Both the position numbers and the translations under genes were made by a program. Below, in pieces: positions 62,151 to 64,000 of a stretch of 64,000 bases of DNA (position 1 is its first letter; each line of letters begins with the position of its first letter). Under the pieces are notes generated by a model. It made no database searches, had not been told where the DNA came from, and saw nothing but the letters and a program-made list of their open reading frames with translations. The stretch is from Paragordius varius (Eukaryota; Animalia; Nematomorpha): the NCBI GenBank assembly GCA_964247055.1, contig OZ176057.1:5828001-5892000 (forward strand), in the 5' to 3' direction.

Positions 62151-64000
62151 AATATTTTAAGATAAAAACTAGGCATAAAAATTTGATTTACAAAAAAAAG
62201 TTTTTAGAAATAATTATTTTTTTCAGCTATATTTTTAGGGTAAAAAATTTATAAAATTAAATTGGATATATTTTATGTGGAGATTACTGGAAAAATCTTA
62301 TAAAATTGTCCTTTAAAAGCTTTTAAATTTATTTAAAACGCATTTTTTGCAAAAATTATTTATAATTATGATTAAAATTTAATGAAAATATGTTTTTTTG
62401 CTTAAATTTACTTAATTATATATATATATATATATATATTTAATGTCACCTAAAAACAATAAAATATTTCAAAACTATAAATAAAAAAATATGGTATATG
62501 GAATATGTCCTCAATATAAAAGTTTTATATATATATAAAAATTTTCCTTAAAGATATCAATTTACCTGTTTTTGACATAATTTTTTTTATAAAAAATATT
62601 ATTATTAATTTATTGTTAAATTTTCAAAAATATTTAAAAATAAATATTTATTTATACCGTGATGGAAAAATATTTTTTTCATGTTAAATTATGCGTAAAA
62701 TTCAAAAGCAAACAAAAAAATATTTAAAATATATAATTTACATAATTTTGTAATAATAAATACTTTTAAAATAATTTTTTATGCAATTAATGTGTTTAAT
62801 ATTCCAAAAAAATATATTTTTTATACACCTAATTAAATTTAATCAATATTGATTTATCTTTTAAGTAAAATTTTAGATAAAAAACTAAAAACTGTATAGC
62901 TTTAAGAAAAATATATAAAAATCTCTGATAAAAAATAAAATTATAGAGGGACAAAACGTATGAAAATATAAAGACAAATTTTCTTTTCAAAAGACAACCC
63001 CATAATTTTTTAAACCTTAATATTTCCTATAATAATCAGTTAATTACAATTAAAAAGTATATATATAATTATGTTTTTAATTTACATCTCTATTTTATAC
63101 TTTGAAGTTTAAAACAATAAGTTATATTAAGAAAAAATCAAAATTTACCTAGTATGGGGTTTGTTTTTTTCAAAAAAAAATTTTGTCTTTATATTTTTAA
63201 GTTTTGTCCATAGTATAATTTCAATATTTTATTGTAATTAATTAGATTTCAAACATAAAACTTGTTAAAGCAAAACACAATGCAACAATTTTTTGTAGTT
63301 CATTGTGAATTAGATTGACTTATGTCTTAGAAAATAAAAAATAAGTTTTAATTTAATTTTAAGATTTTCTCTTGAGGATATTTTTGGAAACTATGGATTT
63401 CAAAATTTTTCGCGGGATGTATTAAATAAACGGCAGACTCTTCTAAAATGTAAAGTCAAAATTGAAATTATAACGGAACGTTGAAATATAAAGACAAAAT
63501 TTTTTTTCAAAAGACAACCCCATACTTTTTTAAGCTTCATTTTTGTAAATATATCATTGTTTCGAATTACATATTATAGATTTGATATTTATATTGGTGA
63601 CACAATTAATTGAATATTTTAAAAAATTATATAATTAAATAGTTTATAGAGCCAAAATTAAGATTTTTACAAAAGTATGGTTGGTTGTCTTTTTAGGAAT
63701 AAATATTTGTCTTTTTATTTTTTCGTTTTGTCCGAATAATTTTAGTTTTTACTGTAAAATGGTTACATAATCAAATTATATATTTTTAATTAGATGTTTA
63801 TAAAGCCAATATTAAGATTTTATAAAGTATGGGGGTTGTCTTTTGAAAAAAATATTTGTCTTTATATTTTTACGTTTTGTCCATAGTATAATTTTAATTT
63901 TTTTTCAATTTTTACTGTAAAATTAACACAATAAATCAAATTATATATTTTTAATATATAATTATATGAGAAAAATTAAGATTTTTTTTACAAAAGTAAG

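Noticed and set aside
61051-64000. Search for the remaining ERp29 exon(s)
   Set aside because: Only MITEs and AT-rich DNA were found; no phase-1 exon with D-domain similarity, so the gene presumably continues past the window.

Overview
Very AT-rich (roughly 20% GC by eye) animal genomic DNA. Genes with 31-34 nt introns coexist with kilobase introns packed with MITEs. There is no prokaryotic, rRNA, tRNA or CRISPR content, and the organism cannot be named from sequence alone. Conserved genes: KRTCAP2/KCP2 (19435-21413, +), a greatly lengthened TMEM11 (47014-50699, -) and, head-to-head with it, ERp29/windbeutel (50802 to >61050, +, 3' end outside the window). Two tandem two-exon genes encode single-domain antistasin-type peptides with toxin-like acidic propeptides (11447-12986 and 16228-18003); the ORF track misses their Cys-rich second exons. 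Reading splice signals on the minus strand reveals two secreted-protein genes that the ORF track does not resolve, built almost entirely from symmetric phase-1 micro-exons (1359-8133, exons of 3-15 nt; 27714-38805, mostly 15-57 nt), resembling schistosome micro-exon genes. ERp29 intron 3 (6.6 kb) consists of two tandem arrays, one copying its donor junction and one copying its acceptor junction. These arrays create in-frame candidate micro-exons, a possible snapshot of how micro-exons arise. All gene models were spliced by hand and need RNA-seq confirmation.
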